Shown: piece by piece, positions 36,723 to 46,822 of the stretch
Numbering within the stretch: position 1 is the stretch's first letter
Layout of the letters: the number at the start of each line of letters is the position of its first letter
Origin: a bacterium
GTDB lineage: Bacteria; Patescibacteriota; UBA1384; VFKW01
Direction of reading: 5' to 3'
Assembly: GCA_030647355.1 (NCBI GenBank)
Contig: JAUSIS010000013.1
Span: forward strand, 113,117 to 177,116
Length of the DNA stretch: 64,000 bases
Made by a program: the position numbers and the translations under genes
The notes under the pieces: generated by a model
Seen by the model: only the letters and a program-made list of their open reading frames with translations
The model's database searches: none
What the model was told of the DNA's origin: nothing

Positions 36723-39700
36723 CTATTCCTCCGCCGGCACTTCCACCACCGACGTGATCGTACCCGTCGGTAGGTAAGACACGATAAACGCCCGGGAAAT
36801 CCCTCCGTAGTAACCAGTAACTTTCATTTTATTCAATGACTGGGTGTAGGCAATAAGGTTAAGGTAAAAAACCGCATTCCGCACATAGTCTAAAGTCCCT
36901 GGATGATATTGTCGTATAAATTGCTGTGTTGCTAAGTTATTGGGAGTTGCATACCAAACAGTCCATGGAGGTGACGGGGGCTTGTAATAGTGGAATTCTT
37001 GTTCCCAATATTTATTAAACGGGCTGGCAAGGTCGTCTATATCTATTGTAATCTCAACTAAATCATCGATTAGCGCATTTCCAAATCCCCTCTTAATTGC
37101 CAGCCCATTGAGCCATTCTTTCCAATAATCACCGTCTCCCCAAGTACTTGAATCATCAGGATCGTATCCCGGCGGTACGCCTTTGGAGAAAGCACTATTC
37201 ATCAAATCTAAATATTCGATCTGGCTGGATAGGCCGGATGCGCCAGCCAACGAACGGGATGAAATAAACAGAAATCCTCCTTTATCATCCACGCTGGCTA
37301 CCGCCATATTGGCCAGATCGCAAACCTGCCGGGCATTCCCGTCATGGTCTGTTCTGGTTTCGACCTTTTCATTATCCTCATTGTAGTAAGGAAGCTTTCT
37401 TAGCTTCCATCCCGGCTTACTTTGACATGGATAAGTTGCCAGTACATCAAATTTTAGTCCTAAATCGGTAATAGCATAAGCATTTAGACCGTAACCCATA
37501 TAACCACCCGTAACATATCCGGGTTCGCCTATCTTTAACACATCCCTCAATCGGGCGCTATTTAAACGAAAAATTGGATACAAACCGTTCCGGTCATAAA
37601 GACTGGCAAAAATCGGATGAGAAAATTCTACTGATGATCCATCTGTATTGCCCGGACTATTAGACCAGACGTCAAAGCCGTATTCGTTTGGAGGTGGGCT
37701 TCCTATCGGGGGTATATCCGCCAAATCTACTTTGGGATTCTGATCGGACCGTTCATAAGCATAACTGTAATCACCGCTATAAAAAAGCAGATTACCGGCG
37801 GTCTGATCGATGCTAATCGACTGGCTGCCGCTTGTAGAAATCGGCCGGTCTAACCCAAGTTTATCGTCAGGATTATTTTTGAAAAGTTCCCAAGTCTGCT
37901 GGGTTCCGTCAGTTTTAGCGTTAAGTTTCCATAAGAAATTCTTATTCGAAAGACTCGCCCCCGAGGAGCTTCCTCCCCACAGGTAAAGAAAATCTTCTCC
38001 TGCTATAGAGGCATAGTTTAAAGATCCGGCAGTTCTCGTCCTTGGCTTCTTGCTTGGATCAGTATCAACTTTCGGATCAGAATCTACTTTGACATATCTC
38101 CAGTCAACTCTCCAGTTATCAGGTAGTCCGGCTAATTGAGAAACTTCACCTACCCACGAAATAAATGATTGATCCGAAGTGTCTGTATTCAAAACAAACA
38201 TCTTATTACTGCCATTAGAAGTAAACAGATCGCCAGACGTCAAACTATAGGAGGGTTGATACCGCAGTAGTATCCTATGATCATTGTCAGCAATACTCTC
38301 AATATTATCAACAGTCGCAATAAACAGCTTGTTATTTCCGCTGATAATCGGCCCTAATGTTATCTGCTTGCCAGCATACAAACCCCTTGCTTGAGAATCG
38401 TCAAGCTGTAAAGTTGCAGGAGCATCGGTAATCAAGTCTTTAGTGATTGATGTGCTTAAAACCTCGCTGTTATAACTGCCTAAATTTACACTAAACATGG
38501 TTAATCCGTTATTTGCCAAAACCTCGCTGGTTCCACCAAGTATTAAATTATTTTCAAACTCAATTTTTTGACATCCTCGAGATCCAGGCGGATTAGTCGA
38601 AAAACAGCTAGCATCATAAAATATTTTTTTAACAGTACCCTTCATTCTCTGATTTTGCGTTCCTTGATCATCAACCGGACCAACAAGGTACTCCATTCCC
38701 AACGCAATCCCCCTTATGGTGCCTTGAGCTACTTTCAATACTTTAACTGTATCGTTCGGCACGGAGTTATTCATCCTCCCTTCGGGCACTAAAACAGCCT
38801 CATTCTGAATACTGCCTCCCAAGTGGTACATATTAAAATTAACGTTGCTGGATACGCCCTTGGGTTTCAGAAAATGCCAGGTCGGGCTCGCAGTAGTTAC
38901 GCCGGTTAATCTCCATGATGGCTTTTGAATTTTCATGTGGCTGTATCCGCCGAATACATACAAAGTATCCTCGGAAAAAACATAATAGCCCTGCGGATTA
39001 GACATATAATTCGGGCCCTCATAGAGCTGCCTGATGGATTTAACGGGTTGACCGGCTATCACCCCGACTTCGCTAACCCTCCCCCAGTAAACCTCATCAT
39101 AACTATCGGTTTGCTCTAAGTTTGGACTGTTTCCATAATAAGTGGCGACATCTCCCGGCGCCAAGCACCTGTTGCCATTACCCAAAGGATTAGCGCTATT
39201 CGTCATCTCGTCGCAACCCGGAGTTACGGTTGTTGCATTCGATAATTGAAGGGTTAATCTCCTTGTATCCGCAACTGACTCTGTATTCCTGCCCGCCAAT
39301 GGCTGGTCAAAGTGCAATTGATATCTGTAGGTTCCAAATCCAACGTCAGTACCGTCTGGAAACCTGGTAATTTTCGAAATCTTCCCCTTTAAATCAACAT
39401 ATTCAGTATCCCCGCCCGAACCATCTTTGGGCCCGTAAACTCGTATAATATCTCCCACCGTTAATCCGTCCGGATATACCTCATCGCCCACAGCGCCATG
39501 AGGAGCATATACGCTCGAGCGCATACTTAAAGTCACTTCATGTATTTCATTAGCTGGCAGCGTCGTTTTGGGCGTGATATTCGGCTCAATCCAATAATCG
39601 GTCGTTGGATTTACGGCCGAAGAACTGTTGATTGATTTATGCGAAAACACTTCTTGGAGGTAATCTCCGTCAGCTAGTACATCTATAACCGGACGGTCTA

Positions 39701-42113
39701 TAACCAGATTCCACTGGGGACTGGCAATAGTCGGATCGATTCTCCAGACATCCGCTGTGCTTCCGATGCTTGTCATGCCTGAATCCCCTACATTTCCAAG
39801 GTTGCCGCCTGCAACTACCAAATTCTTATTGTCTCTGCTGTAACTAACCAGCGCCTCGCTTCTTGGCAACGGACGGTTAATATTTGTGTTAGCAGGCTTA
39901 ATCAGTTTCCATGTTTGAGGTATGCCTCCGCTCAAACTTAGCTCCCAAAGATCATTCTTCTTATTCACGCCCATATTGAATATTATTGCTGTAAGCGGGT
40001 TATCATCCGAATCATCTGCCGGACGTAGATCCCTGTTTAGATATGTTTCATTAGCTGCCATATTGCCGTTTAGCGCGCGATTAGAAATATCTTTGCCGCC
40101 ATACAAGTACGCTATGTTCTCTGACTCGTCATAAACCATTCCGTGTCCTGACCTGGGAGTCGGGCCGAAATTTAAATCCACATGCATAGTCCCCGCTGCC
40201 CCCGGACCATAATCAATGCTGTTTACTCTGCCCCACAATGGCTCCAGATTGATATCGTCTGGCTCTAGCTGAACTATTGAACCGATCGTATAACCGCTTA
40301 TATTAGCAACCGGAACGGGTTGGTTCGCTCCTGGCAAAATCTCTACCGCAGTCCCTCCGCTCCAAATACTTTTTATTTTACTGATGTCATAGTTCCCGTT
40401 TAAATCGTATTTATTATATTCTTTTTGACCGGTAATAGTTTTAGGAAGTACATATACAGAATAGCCGTGACTCTGAAAATATTCATCATACTGAAAATTC
40501 ACAAAATTGACTCCATATCCGAAATTCATCCTATCGCCTTCCAGCGTCCCGCCAAAATCAAACTTATCAGGAATGAATATCAACGGCTTGGTTGTCAATC
40601 CGGTTCCGTCAATTATATGGATAATATCTGCCTTACCGCATACTTCGCGTGCTCCTCCGTTGTGAACTGGTTGAGAGAAATAGAGCGAATCCGGATCCAC
40701 CGTGAAAAAATTTCCGGCCGTATCGATGCTCGTAATAACCCCATCAACTGTAATGTTGAAATTATAAAAATTGCTCTTCCAATATTCCTGTCCGGTCGTA
40801 TACAGCGGATCAGGCCAAGGGTGACTATCCAATTGCAAATAATAATTATACTTAGCCATGACCTTGAGAAATGCCACTCTATCGCCAATTCCGAAAGACG
40901 ATGCTTGTCCGTATTTTAAGTAAACTTTGGTGTCCGGACCCATAAACGCCGTATCCAAAGATTTTGCGATGTTAACATCGTAAGCCAGTTCGCTTGCCGG
41001 AAAAGTCAGAACGGTTGGGGTTGTTTTCTTATAAAGCTGCCGTACATAATAATCCCCGCTAATTTTTTGAGTACTCCCGTTAGCGACAACAGATGCTTTC
41101 TCCCAATTAATTACATTCGAGGGAGTATTATCCGACGGATTGTAGGCATTCTTCATTACCCATAAATCATTACGCTTTCCTCCAGACAAATTCAGCTCGT
41201 CATTGATGATAGCTTTAGTATTGGGATCCATATTCTTTTCAATCGGTCCCCACTTAAATTGATAATTAGTGTCACCAATAAAAGGAGGGTTGATAATACC
41301 TTCGGTCGGATTAGGTAAATCGCTGTTGGCATCTATCATCAGCTTTCCCCCGACGCGATCCACATTCCCTGTTATCCAGTCTTCCAAATTAGTTCTCTCT
41401 TGGCCATCGAGTACCAGACTGTCTTCCGGCAAAGATAAAATCAAAAGATCGTATTTCAAATAGCCCGGATTACTGAACAGACCGGAATATTTCACCCCGC
41501 CAGTATTAGTCACGCCAACATTCCCTTGATCCAGCGGTCCGCCCATTAAAACCTGCCAGTATTCAATCTTGTTTTTCGCATAAACCTTGCCTGTAGAAGG
41601 GTCAATCGGTGCAAGGGGATTCACAAAATCCTTAAATCCGTTATCTTTCAATATAGTACTGCTAGACATTGCCGATCCAATCGTAGTAAAGATATCATTG
41701 GGCTGGACGTAACTTCCTGCAGCTGCATCCCACGCTGAAATTACTGCGACATTGGTGCACCTGGAAATTGTTTTTATTTTTTCTTCCGGAGTAAACGAGT
41801 AATATTTGATATATGGCGCTTTCTTGGAATCTGTTGAAGCTTGGTTTCCAGTGTCAAAGTTTATTAGCATTGTCTGATCAAAAGACGGGTCACCGGCCAA
41901 TTTTTTGCTTAAATCAGAAACTCCTGCCAGCGCCGCTTCCCTCGCCACTCTCGCGTCATTATAAGAAGCCGCATTGCCGATTATGGAGTAACTGTTTATC
42001 GCCGCTCCTAAGGTCGCCGCCGTCATCAAAGTAACAATAAGCAAAGTAAGAACCAATACAGTCCCCTGCTTTTTGAGACCTGTACAATTAAATTTTATTT
42101 TGCCTAAAGCCAT
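36723..42113 (-). CDS. Giant (1796 aa) T4P-associated surface protein: PilX_N-like N-terminal prepilin-type helix plus Kelch/beta-propeller-like repeats (PilY1-like tip adhesin candidate)
   Basis: N-terminus KKQGTVLVLTLLIVTLMTAATLGAAINS resembles the PilX_N hydrophobic helix. Multiple Kelch-like segments (for example SGHGMVYDESENIAYLYGGKD). Last gene of the minus-strand prepilin/pilC cluster. Confidence 0.65.
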   Translation of the reverse strand: MALGKIKFNCTGLKKQGTVLVLTLLIVTLMTAATLGAAINSYSIIGNAASYNDARVAREAALAGVSDLSKKLAGDPSFDQTMLINFDTGNQASTDSKKAPYIKYYSFTPEEKIKTISRCTNVAVISAWDAAAGSYVQPNDIFTTIGSAMSSSTILKDNGFKDFVNPLAPIDPSTGKVYAKNKIEYWQVLMGGPLDQGNVGVTNTGGVKYSGLFSNPGYLKYDLLILSLPEDSLVLDGQERTNLEDWITGNVDRVGGKLMIDANSDLPNPTEGIINPPFIGDTNYQFKWGPIEKNMDPNTKAIINDELNLSGGKRNDLWVMKNAYNPSDNTPSNVINWEKASVVANGSTQKISGDYYVRQLYKKTTPTVLTFPASELAYDVNIAKSLDTAFMGPDTKVYLKYGQASSFGIGDRVAFLKVMAKYNYYLQLDSHPWPDPLYTTGQEYWKSNFYNFNITVDGVITSIDTAGNFFTVDPDSLYFSQPVHNGGAREVCGKADIIHIIDGTGLTTKPLIFIPDKFDFGGTLEGDRMNFGYGVNFVNFQYDEYFQSHGYSVYVLPKTITGQKEYNKYDLNGNYDISKIKSIWSGGTAVEILPGANQPVPVANISGYTIGSIVQLEPDDINLEPLWGRVNSIDYGPGAAGTMHVDLNFGPTPRSGHGMVYDESENIAYLYGGKDISNRALNGNMAANETYLNRDLRPADDSDDNPLTAIIFNMGVNKKNDLWELSLSGGIPQTWKLIKPANTNINRPLPRSEALVSYSRDNKNLVVAGGNLGNVGDSGMTSIGSTADVWRIDPTIASPQWNLVIDRPVIDVLADGDYLQEVFSHKSINSSSAVNPTTDYWIEPNITPKTTLPANEIHEVTLSMRSSVYAPHGAVGDEVYPDGLTVGDIIRVYGPKDGSGGDTEYVDLKGKISKITRFPDGTDVGFGTYRYQLHFDQPLAGRNTESVADTRRLTLQLSNATTVTPGCDEMTNSANPLGNGNRCLAPGDVATYYGNSPNLEQTDSYDEVYWGRVSEVGVIAGQPVKSIRQLYEGPNYMSNPQGYYVFSEDTLYVFGGYSHMKIQKPSWRLTGVTTASPTWHFLKPKGVSSNVNFNMYHLGGSIQNEAVLVPEGRMNNSVPNDTVKVLKVAQGTIRGIALGMEYLVGPVDDQGTQNQRMKGTVKKIFYDASCFSTNPPGSRGCQKIEFENNLILGGTSEVLANNGLTMFSVNLGSYNSEVLSTSITKDLITDAPATLQLDDSQARGLYAGKQITLGPIISGNNKLFIATVDNIESIADNDHRILLRYQPSYSLTSGDLFTSNGSNKMFVLNTDTSDQSFISWVGEVSQLAGLPDNWRVDWRYVKVDSDPKVDTDPSKKPRTRTAGSLNYASIAGEDFLYLWGGSSSGASLSNKNFLWKLNAKTDGTQQTWELFKNNPDDKLGLDRPISTSGSQSISIDQTAGNLLFYSGDYSYAYERSDQNPKVDLADIPPIGSPPPNEYGFDVWSNSPGNTDGSSVEFSHPIFASLYDRNGLYPIFRLNSARLRDVLKIGEPGYVTGGYMGYGLNAYAITDLGLKFDVLATYPCQSKPGWKLRKLPYYNEDNEKVETRTDHDGNARQVCDLANMAVASVDDKGGFLFISSRSLAGASGLSSQIEYLDLMNSAFSKGVPPGYDPDDSSTWGDGDYWKEWLNGLAIKRGFGNALIDDLVEITIDIDDLASPFNKYWEQEFHYYKPPSPPWTVWYATPNNLATQQFIRQYHPGTLDYVRNAVFYLNLIAYTQSLNKMKVTGYYGGISRAFIVSYLPTGTITSVVEVPAEE

Positions 42114-42124
42114 AACCTCTCCTG

Positions 42125-42778
42125 TCAGATTTCTTCAATATTACTGATATTGCTTGCAATAAAACGCAGTTCAATCTTACTTGGACGCGCCAGCACACTC
42201 AAGAGCTTGGAATTACCCGAATTAAAGTTGCCAAGTTTGCTGTATCGTGCTTCTTCCATAGACATCTCTACCTTAATTGCAAACTTATCATTCGGAGGAA
42301 CAGCGTCCGCACCAGTATAGACAGGAATAAAACGTAGCTTCCGTAAAAATACTTTATCCGAACTAATAATCTGCTTATGTAAGACTCCGGGGGCAGTACT
42401 TTTTTCCACCGTCATTTCAATGCTCCTACTGTTAACCGTCGGATTGATTGTCTCGATAATTGTTGTATTGCCGTCAATATCCAATCGGGTTATTTTAATC
42501 GTATCGCAAAAAACTGAAACCCCTTTACAATTCACCACATCTACTGGCTTAACGATCACTACATTGCTAGCGCTCTGCACCTCACGGTTGATGAACTCGC
42601 CGACAAATCTCGTTTCATCTTGCACTTCCCTCATTCCCTCGACTCTATCGCGCATTCTGGCACTCATAATAACCGAACCGGCTGACATCAACATGGCAAT
42701 AGTAAAAATTACTACGGAAACCAGTATCTCAATCAGTGTAAATCCGTTTCTCTCATTCAATTTCACAGCTTTTATCAT
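42125..42778 (-). CDS. Type IV pilus minor pilin (prepilin-type N-terminal cleavage/methylation domain)
   Basis: NGFTLIEILVSVVIF class III signal peptide. Confidence 0.7.
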   Translation of the reverse strand: MIKAVKLNERNGFTLIEILVSVVIFTIAMLMSAGSVIMSARMRDRVEGMREVQDETRFVGEFINREVQSASNVVIVKPVDVVNCKGVSVFCDTIKITRLDIDGNTTIIETINPTVNSRSIEMTVEKSTAPGVLHKQIISSDKVFLRKLRFIPVYTGADAVPPNDKFAIKVEMSMEEARYSKLGNFNSGNSKLLSVLARPSKIELRFIASNISNIEEI

Positions 42779-43242
42779 ATATTCCTCTTAATTACTGCAA
42801 GAGTCTCAATATAATTTTTTTTGGCTAATTCTGCGGCATCACATTTTGACTTGCTCACTGCCTCCGGCCCAAAGCAAACACCAACTTTGATTTTGGCATA
42901 ATCCGAATCGCTGAAAGCATCCTCCACTGTTATAATTCGGTAATATCTTCCGCCGTAGAGATAAACCTTCCCATCACTGGCGTCATCGGTTACAGCTAAA
43001 TCTTCACTTAAAAACTTTGTCCCGTTACCCGGAAAAGAAACCGACCCTTGATAATTCAAAATTTTCAAAACTTCCACCCCTTCTGTCGCTAGATAATACG
43101 CCTGCGTCTGTACTGCCGCCCGGTCAGCCAGACGAAATGAATTAAAATGCAAAGAAAGCGATGCTGATCCTACAGTTACAACCAGTAAAACGCTAATCAG
43201 CACCTCAATTAACCCAAAACCGTATTTATTCAGTCTCCCCAT
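42775..43242 (-). CDS. Type IV pilus minor pilin (PilV-like prepilin)
   Basis: YGFGLIEVLISVLLV prepilin N-terminus. Confidence 0.7.
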   Translation of the reverse strand: MGRLNKYGFGLIEVLISVLLVVTVGSASLSLHFNSFRLADRAAVQTQAYYLATEGVEVLKILNYQGSVSFPGNGTKFLSEDLAVTDDASDGKVYLYGGRYYRIITVEDAFSDSDYAKIKVGVCFGPEAVSKSKCDAAELAKKNYIETLAVIKRNI

Positions 43243-43252
43243 AAAATATCTC

Positions 43253-44617
43253 CTAATACAATAATTCCAAAACCGGAGCCGGTCTCACAGCTACAGACGA
43301 ATCACCGCCAGTCCCTCCACCTTCATCCTCGATACTAACCGATCCCTCTGAATCGTACTTTTCCTTGCTCAAAAACTCGACACTATCCCCTGAAGTTAAA
43401 TAGAAAACTAGCGGTAGATCATAATCAATCGATCCTGTTCCATTCCACCATGCTTTGTGCCTGGCTAAGTTAAACTCGATTGAATAACGGGTATTCTTTT
43501 CCACGTCTACTAACTCCCCTACTTCACTGCGATTTGCCCCTGCCTCCGCATAGATATGGCAGTCGCTAAACGTAGGACTAGACTCGCTGCAATTCCCCTC
43601 CAAGTCTGAATCCGGCTTAAGCATATAAATATCTACCAAACTGCCTGCTGTAACAATATCGCCTGTAGTCAGCCATAATCTGGCCCGTTTTGGAAATTTG
43701 TTCGGCTCGCTCGGGTCAGTTAAGCTGGCCCAATCGAACATGACAAATGATTGGTTGCCGTCATTAACTCTCAATATATTTCCAATCCAATCCCCTCCCC
43801 CTGCATCCCAATACGAGTCTTGCATAATCAACGATTCAGCGCTTGAATTATCGGGGAAAACCGCCATATCTGTTGACTCGCTGGCTTCTCTCGATATCCA
43901 AACCTGCCCGCTGTATTTGTTAATATTGACATACATAAATTCCGTATCCGAACTCGTTGTATTTTTTATCTTTTCATATCTGATATTTTTCAATTTCACT
44001 CTAAAGGTGTTTTCCTGTTTCGTTGAGTCCCATAATTCCGCGTTCTGCGAATCAACACTCTTCGTACCCCCGCAGGTAATGTCAAAATTTGCTAAAGTAA
44101 ACCGGACACCGGTTCTGGTTATTTTTTTCGATGTGTCGCCGTCAACCGGAATCAATTCCTCAGTGCCTGCTTTAATTGATTCTAAGAGCTTTTCCGGCGA
44201 AAATCCGTCAATCATAATACCGTCCGAAAAATCGATTGATTTGATTAATGTGGACGATAATTGATTGCTTCGATTATCACATGCCGTTACAATTCCCTGA
44301 ATTTCCACCGGTGAATTCGTCACAACTGCGTTTGAACCTGATGTCGTCTTAACTTGCTCATTCTTTTTTGTTATCCCGTTAATAAACTTGATCTCGAAAG
44401 CGGTAAAATTACTCCGACCGACATTCCCCCCCCGTGGAGCAATGGCATCGGTCCGCGCCTCGATCACTGCCTGCCTTATCGTCTCCGCCGCAGTCGTCAG
44501 ACTGCTTCGTTCTTGAATTCCGTTAACTTGAGGCATAGCTAAAGCCGTCAAAATTACAATGACGCCAATTACTACAATTAACTCAATTAAAGTGTATCCT
44601 TTTTTTAATGATTTAAT
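43253..44617 (-). CDS. Large type IV pilin-like protein (~455 aa); start codon uncertain (no in-frame ATG upstream of the prepilin motif)
   Basis: KKGYTLIELIVVIGVIVILTALAMPQ prepilin motif. The only plausible initiation is a non-ATG codon (ATT at 44615-44617) 5 nt after an AAAGGAGA RBS. The in-frame stretch upstream back to 44713 is probably not translated. Confidence 0.55.
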   Translation of the reverse strand: MKSLKKGYTLIELIVVIGVIVILTALAMPQVNGIQERSSLTTAAETIRQAVIEARTDAIAPRGGNVGRSNFTAFEIKFINGITKKNEQVKTTSGSNAVVTNSPVEIQGIVTACDNRSNQLSSTLIKSIDFSDGIMIDGFSPEKLLESIKAGTEELIPVDGDTSKKITRTGVRFTLANFDITCGGTKSVDSQNAELWDSTKQENTFRVKLKNIRYEKIKNTTSSDTEFMYVNINKYSGQVWISREASESTDMAVFPDNSSAESLIMQDSYWDAGGGDWIGNILRVNDGNQSFVMFDWASLTDPSEPNKFPKRARLWLTTGDIVTAGSLVDIYMLKPDSDLEGNCSESSPTFSDCHIYAEAGANRSEVGELVDVEKNTRYSIEFNLARHKAWWNGTGSIDYDLPLVFYLTSGDSVEFLSKEKYDSEGSVSIEDEGGGTGGDSSVAVRPAPVLELLY

Positions 44618-44785
44618 CCCATCTCCTTTTATATTTAAATGTATGTGATATCCTTCGAGCCCCACCGGCCAGCAGAGTCGAGAAGCTCGGTTCTCCACAA
44701 GCCAGAACAGCATCCTTCCCTGTCATTGCGAGCGCATTTCTGTCATTGCGAGCGTAGCGTGGCAATCTTTCTCTTTCCCAACTTC

Positions 44786-44840
44786 CTTCTTACTTCTTAC
44801 TGCTTACCAGCTTATCGCTTATTACTTACTGCTTAACTAG
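44786..44840 (-). repeat. Heptanucleotide tandem repeat (GTAAGNA)n in 5' leader of large pilin gene
   Basis: Plus strand reads CTTACTTCTTACTGCTTACCAGCTTATCGCTTATTACTTACTGCTTAA, about 7 units of NGCTTAC. Related repeat at 53227-53268. Confidence 0.5.
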
Positions 44841-44843
44841 CCC

Positions 44844-45461
44844 CTATTCCATAAGGCAAGGTGTGCAAATTTTGGTAATATCAAACTCGAAAATCCAATC
44901 TGGAGGCACTTCAGGATATACGCTAACCGTTCCATCTGTTCGAATACTCTTATCGGTCCCCTTTTCATATCTGTTAGAATCACTGCCGGCTCCTGTTGTA
45001 TCCGTCGTTAAATCATTATCATTCGAGTTCTCTAGTTGAGCCGAAATCTCAAAATTCAAACCATCTTCCGACGGTCGGTATCTGTATGCATATCCTGTCT
45101 TTGAATCCTGCACATAGGTATCGGCATAACCGTCCTTGATCATCCCATTAACATTACCGCCATCACCCTTCATAAGTTTCTCGTAGCCGCCTTGCTCGCC
45201 GTCATAATAGCAAGGGAAATTAACTTTCAAAGCAGGTAATGTTTTCTCGCAAGGCAGAGGGTAAGTCTTTTTATCGGCATAATATAAAGTCAAATACCCC
45301 TGTATTTTCGCCAAATCACTTTTCCTTTTAGCATCTCTGGATCTCAACCTCACTGCGCTCGTGCCAACCAGCGAAATTACCATTAAAATTGAAATGATGG
45401 AAATAACTACCAACAATTCTATCAGAGTAAAAGCTGAAATCCTTTCCCTTTTAATTTTCAT
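44844..45461 (-). CDS. Type IV pilin (major pilin candidate)
   Basis: ISAFTLIELLVVISIISIL prepilin leader and N-terminal helix. 205 aa. Confidence 0.75.
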   Translation of the reverse strand: MKIKRERISAFTLIELLVVISIISILMVISLVGTSAVRLRSRDAKRKSDLAKIQGYLTLYYADKKTYPLPCEKTLPALKVNFPCYYDGEQGGYEKLMKGDGGNVNGMIKDGYADTYVQDSKTGYAYRYRPSEDGLNFEISAQLENSNDNDLTTDTTGAGSDSNRYEKGTDKSIRTDGTVSVYPEVPPDWIFEFDITKICTPCLME

Positions 45462-45470
45462 AATGCCTCC

Positions 45471-46664
45471 TTAAAAAGCATTAACCAAGCTATATATCGG
45501 ACCTAAAATACTAATGACCACAAATCCAACACCGCCGCCCAGTACAATAAAGATAAACGGTTCCAAAAGTGATGTAAATGTCTTTAATTTATTATCCACT
45601 TCTTCCTCATAATACTCGGCAAGAGTATCGCACATTCCCGAAAGATCACCAGTCTGCTGACCGACATAGAGCAACTGGCTCATAAGCGGTGGGAAATATT
45701 TACTTTTCTTCAGTACCGAGCTTATCGGCAAACCCTGCTCCAGCGATTTAGATATACTCAATACCAGATCTATGTAAATCGTATTTGTCGTAATAGTCGC
45801 CAATATATTCACCGACTCGATAATCGGCACTCCAGCCAGAAGCAGCAAGGAAAAAGTCCGATTAAAACGAGCATAAAAAACTTCCCTAACAAGAGTCCCA
45901 AACACCGGAAAATTTATGCTTATAACACTTTTAGTCTTTTTGCCAGTGTTACTAATCATAAATACTTTATATCCGGCCACCAAAAATATTATACCCATAA
46001 TAATCAAATACCAATACTGAGTCATAAACCTGCTCAACGCAATCAAAATTTGAGTTTGTATAGGCAAAGCCAGATTTTGCTCCTCAAAAATCTGACTAAT
46101 AGAAGGAATGACCTTAGTCATCACAATAAAAATGACAGCTATCATCACACACACGATTACAATCGGATAAACCATAGCCCCACGGATTTTAGCAGTAAAA
46201 GAAGCCGAAGTCGCCACTTCAGCCGATAACTCGTTAAGAACAATTTCCATCTTACCCGTCGCCTCCCCGGCGCGCAGAACCCCGGTTTCTATACTGGGAA
46301 AAACTTGCGGATAATTTTCCATCATCCGTGATAATGGAAAACCATTCTGTAATCCAAGACTCATCTCCTCTAATACTCTTCCCAGCGATTTATTGGGTGT
46401 TTGCCTGGCAATCTCGATCGCTTGTGTAATAGAAACACCGGCTTTAAGCATTGTCGTTAACTGCCGATACAGCAAACTGCGATCTCTCGCCTTCACAGAA
46501 AAAGACAGAAATATGTCCTGCCATTTGGTTTTCTCAGTAATTGAGATTACTTTGAGTCCCCGTTTTTCCACATCTTTATGCACTTGTTCCATATCAGAAG
46601 AGGCAACCTTGCCGTTGACAATTTGCCCTTTGTCATCACTCGCCTTAAAAGTAAAGATTTTCAT
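45471..46664 (-). CDS. pilC: Type IV pilus assembly platform protein PilC (GspF family)
   Basis: Two GspF-type repeats each with three TM segments, including the QLLYVGQQTGDL...L motif region. Confidence 0.85.
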   Translation of the reverse strand: MKIFTFKASDDKGQIVNGKVASSDMEQVHKDVEKRGLKVISITEKTKWQDIFLSFSVKARDRSLLYRQLTTMLKAGVSITQAIEIARQTPNKSLGRVLEEMSLGLQNGFPLSRMMENYPQVFPSIETGVLRAGEATGKMEIVLNELSAEVATSASFTAKIRGAMVYPIVIVCVMIAVIFIVMTKVIPSISQIFEEQNLALPIQTQILIALSRFMTQYWYLIIMGIIFLVAGYKVFMISNTGKKTKSVISINFPVFGTLVREVFYARFNRTFSLLLLAGVPIIESVNILATITTNTIYIDLVLSISKSLEQGLPISSVLKKSKYFPPLMSQLLYVGQQTGDLSGMCDTLAEYYEEEVDNKLKTFTSLLEPFIFIVLGGGVGFVVISILGPIYSLVNAF

Positions 46665-46822
46665 TCCCCTCCCGAATTTAACCCAAAACTGTGAGACCGC
46701 TAATTCTATAAACTTATCATATCAAACTACTAAATTACGTCAAGCTGGTTTAACCTTGCAGTATATTACACAGGATAGAAGCCGATTGATCTTGCTAAAT
46801 AAATTCGGTATATTATTCTTGT

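Noticed and set aside
36723-42113. Short plus-strand ORFs inside the giant gene (37183-37386, 38568-38792, 38925-39119, 39922-40134, 40425-40919, 41269-41463, 41813-42034)
   Set aside because: All are antisense or overlapping within a continuous 5.4-kb minus-strand reading frame with consistent domain content. None has an RBS or recognisable motifs. Spurious.
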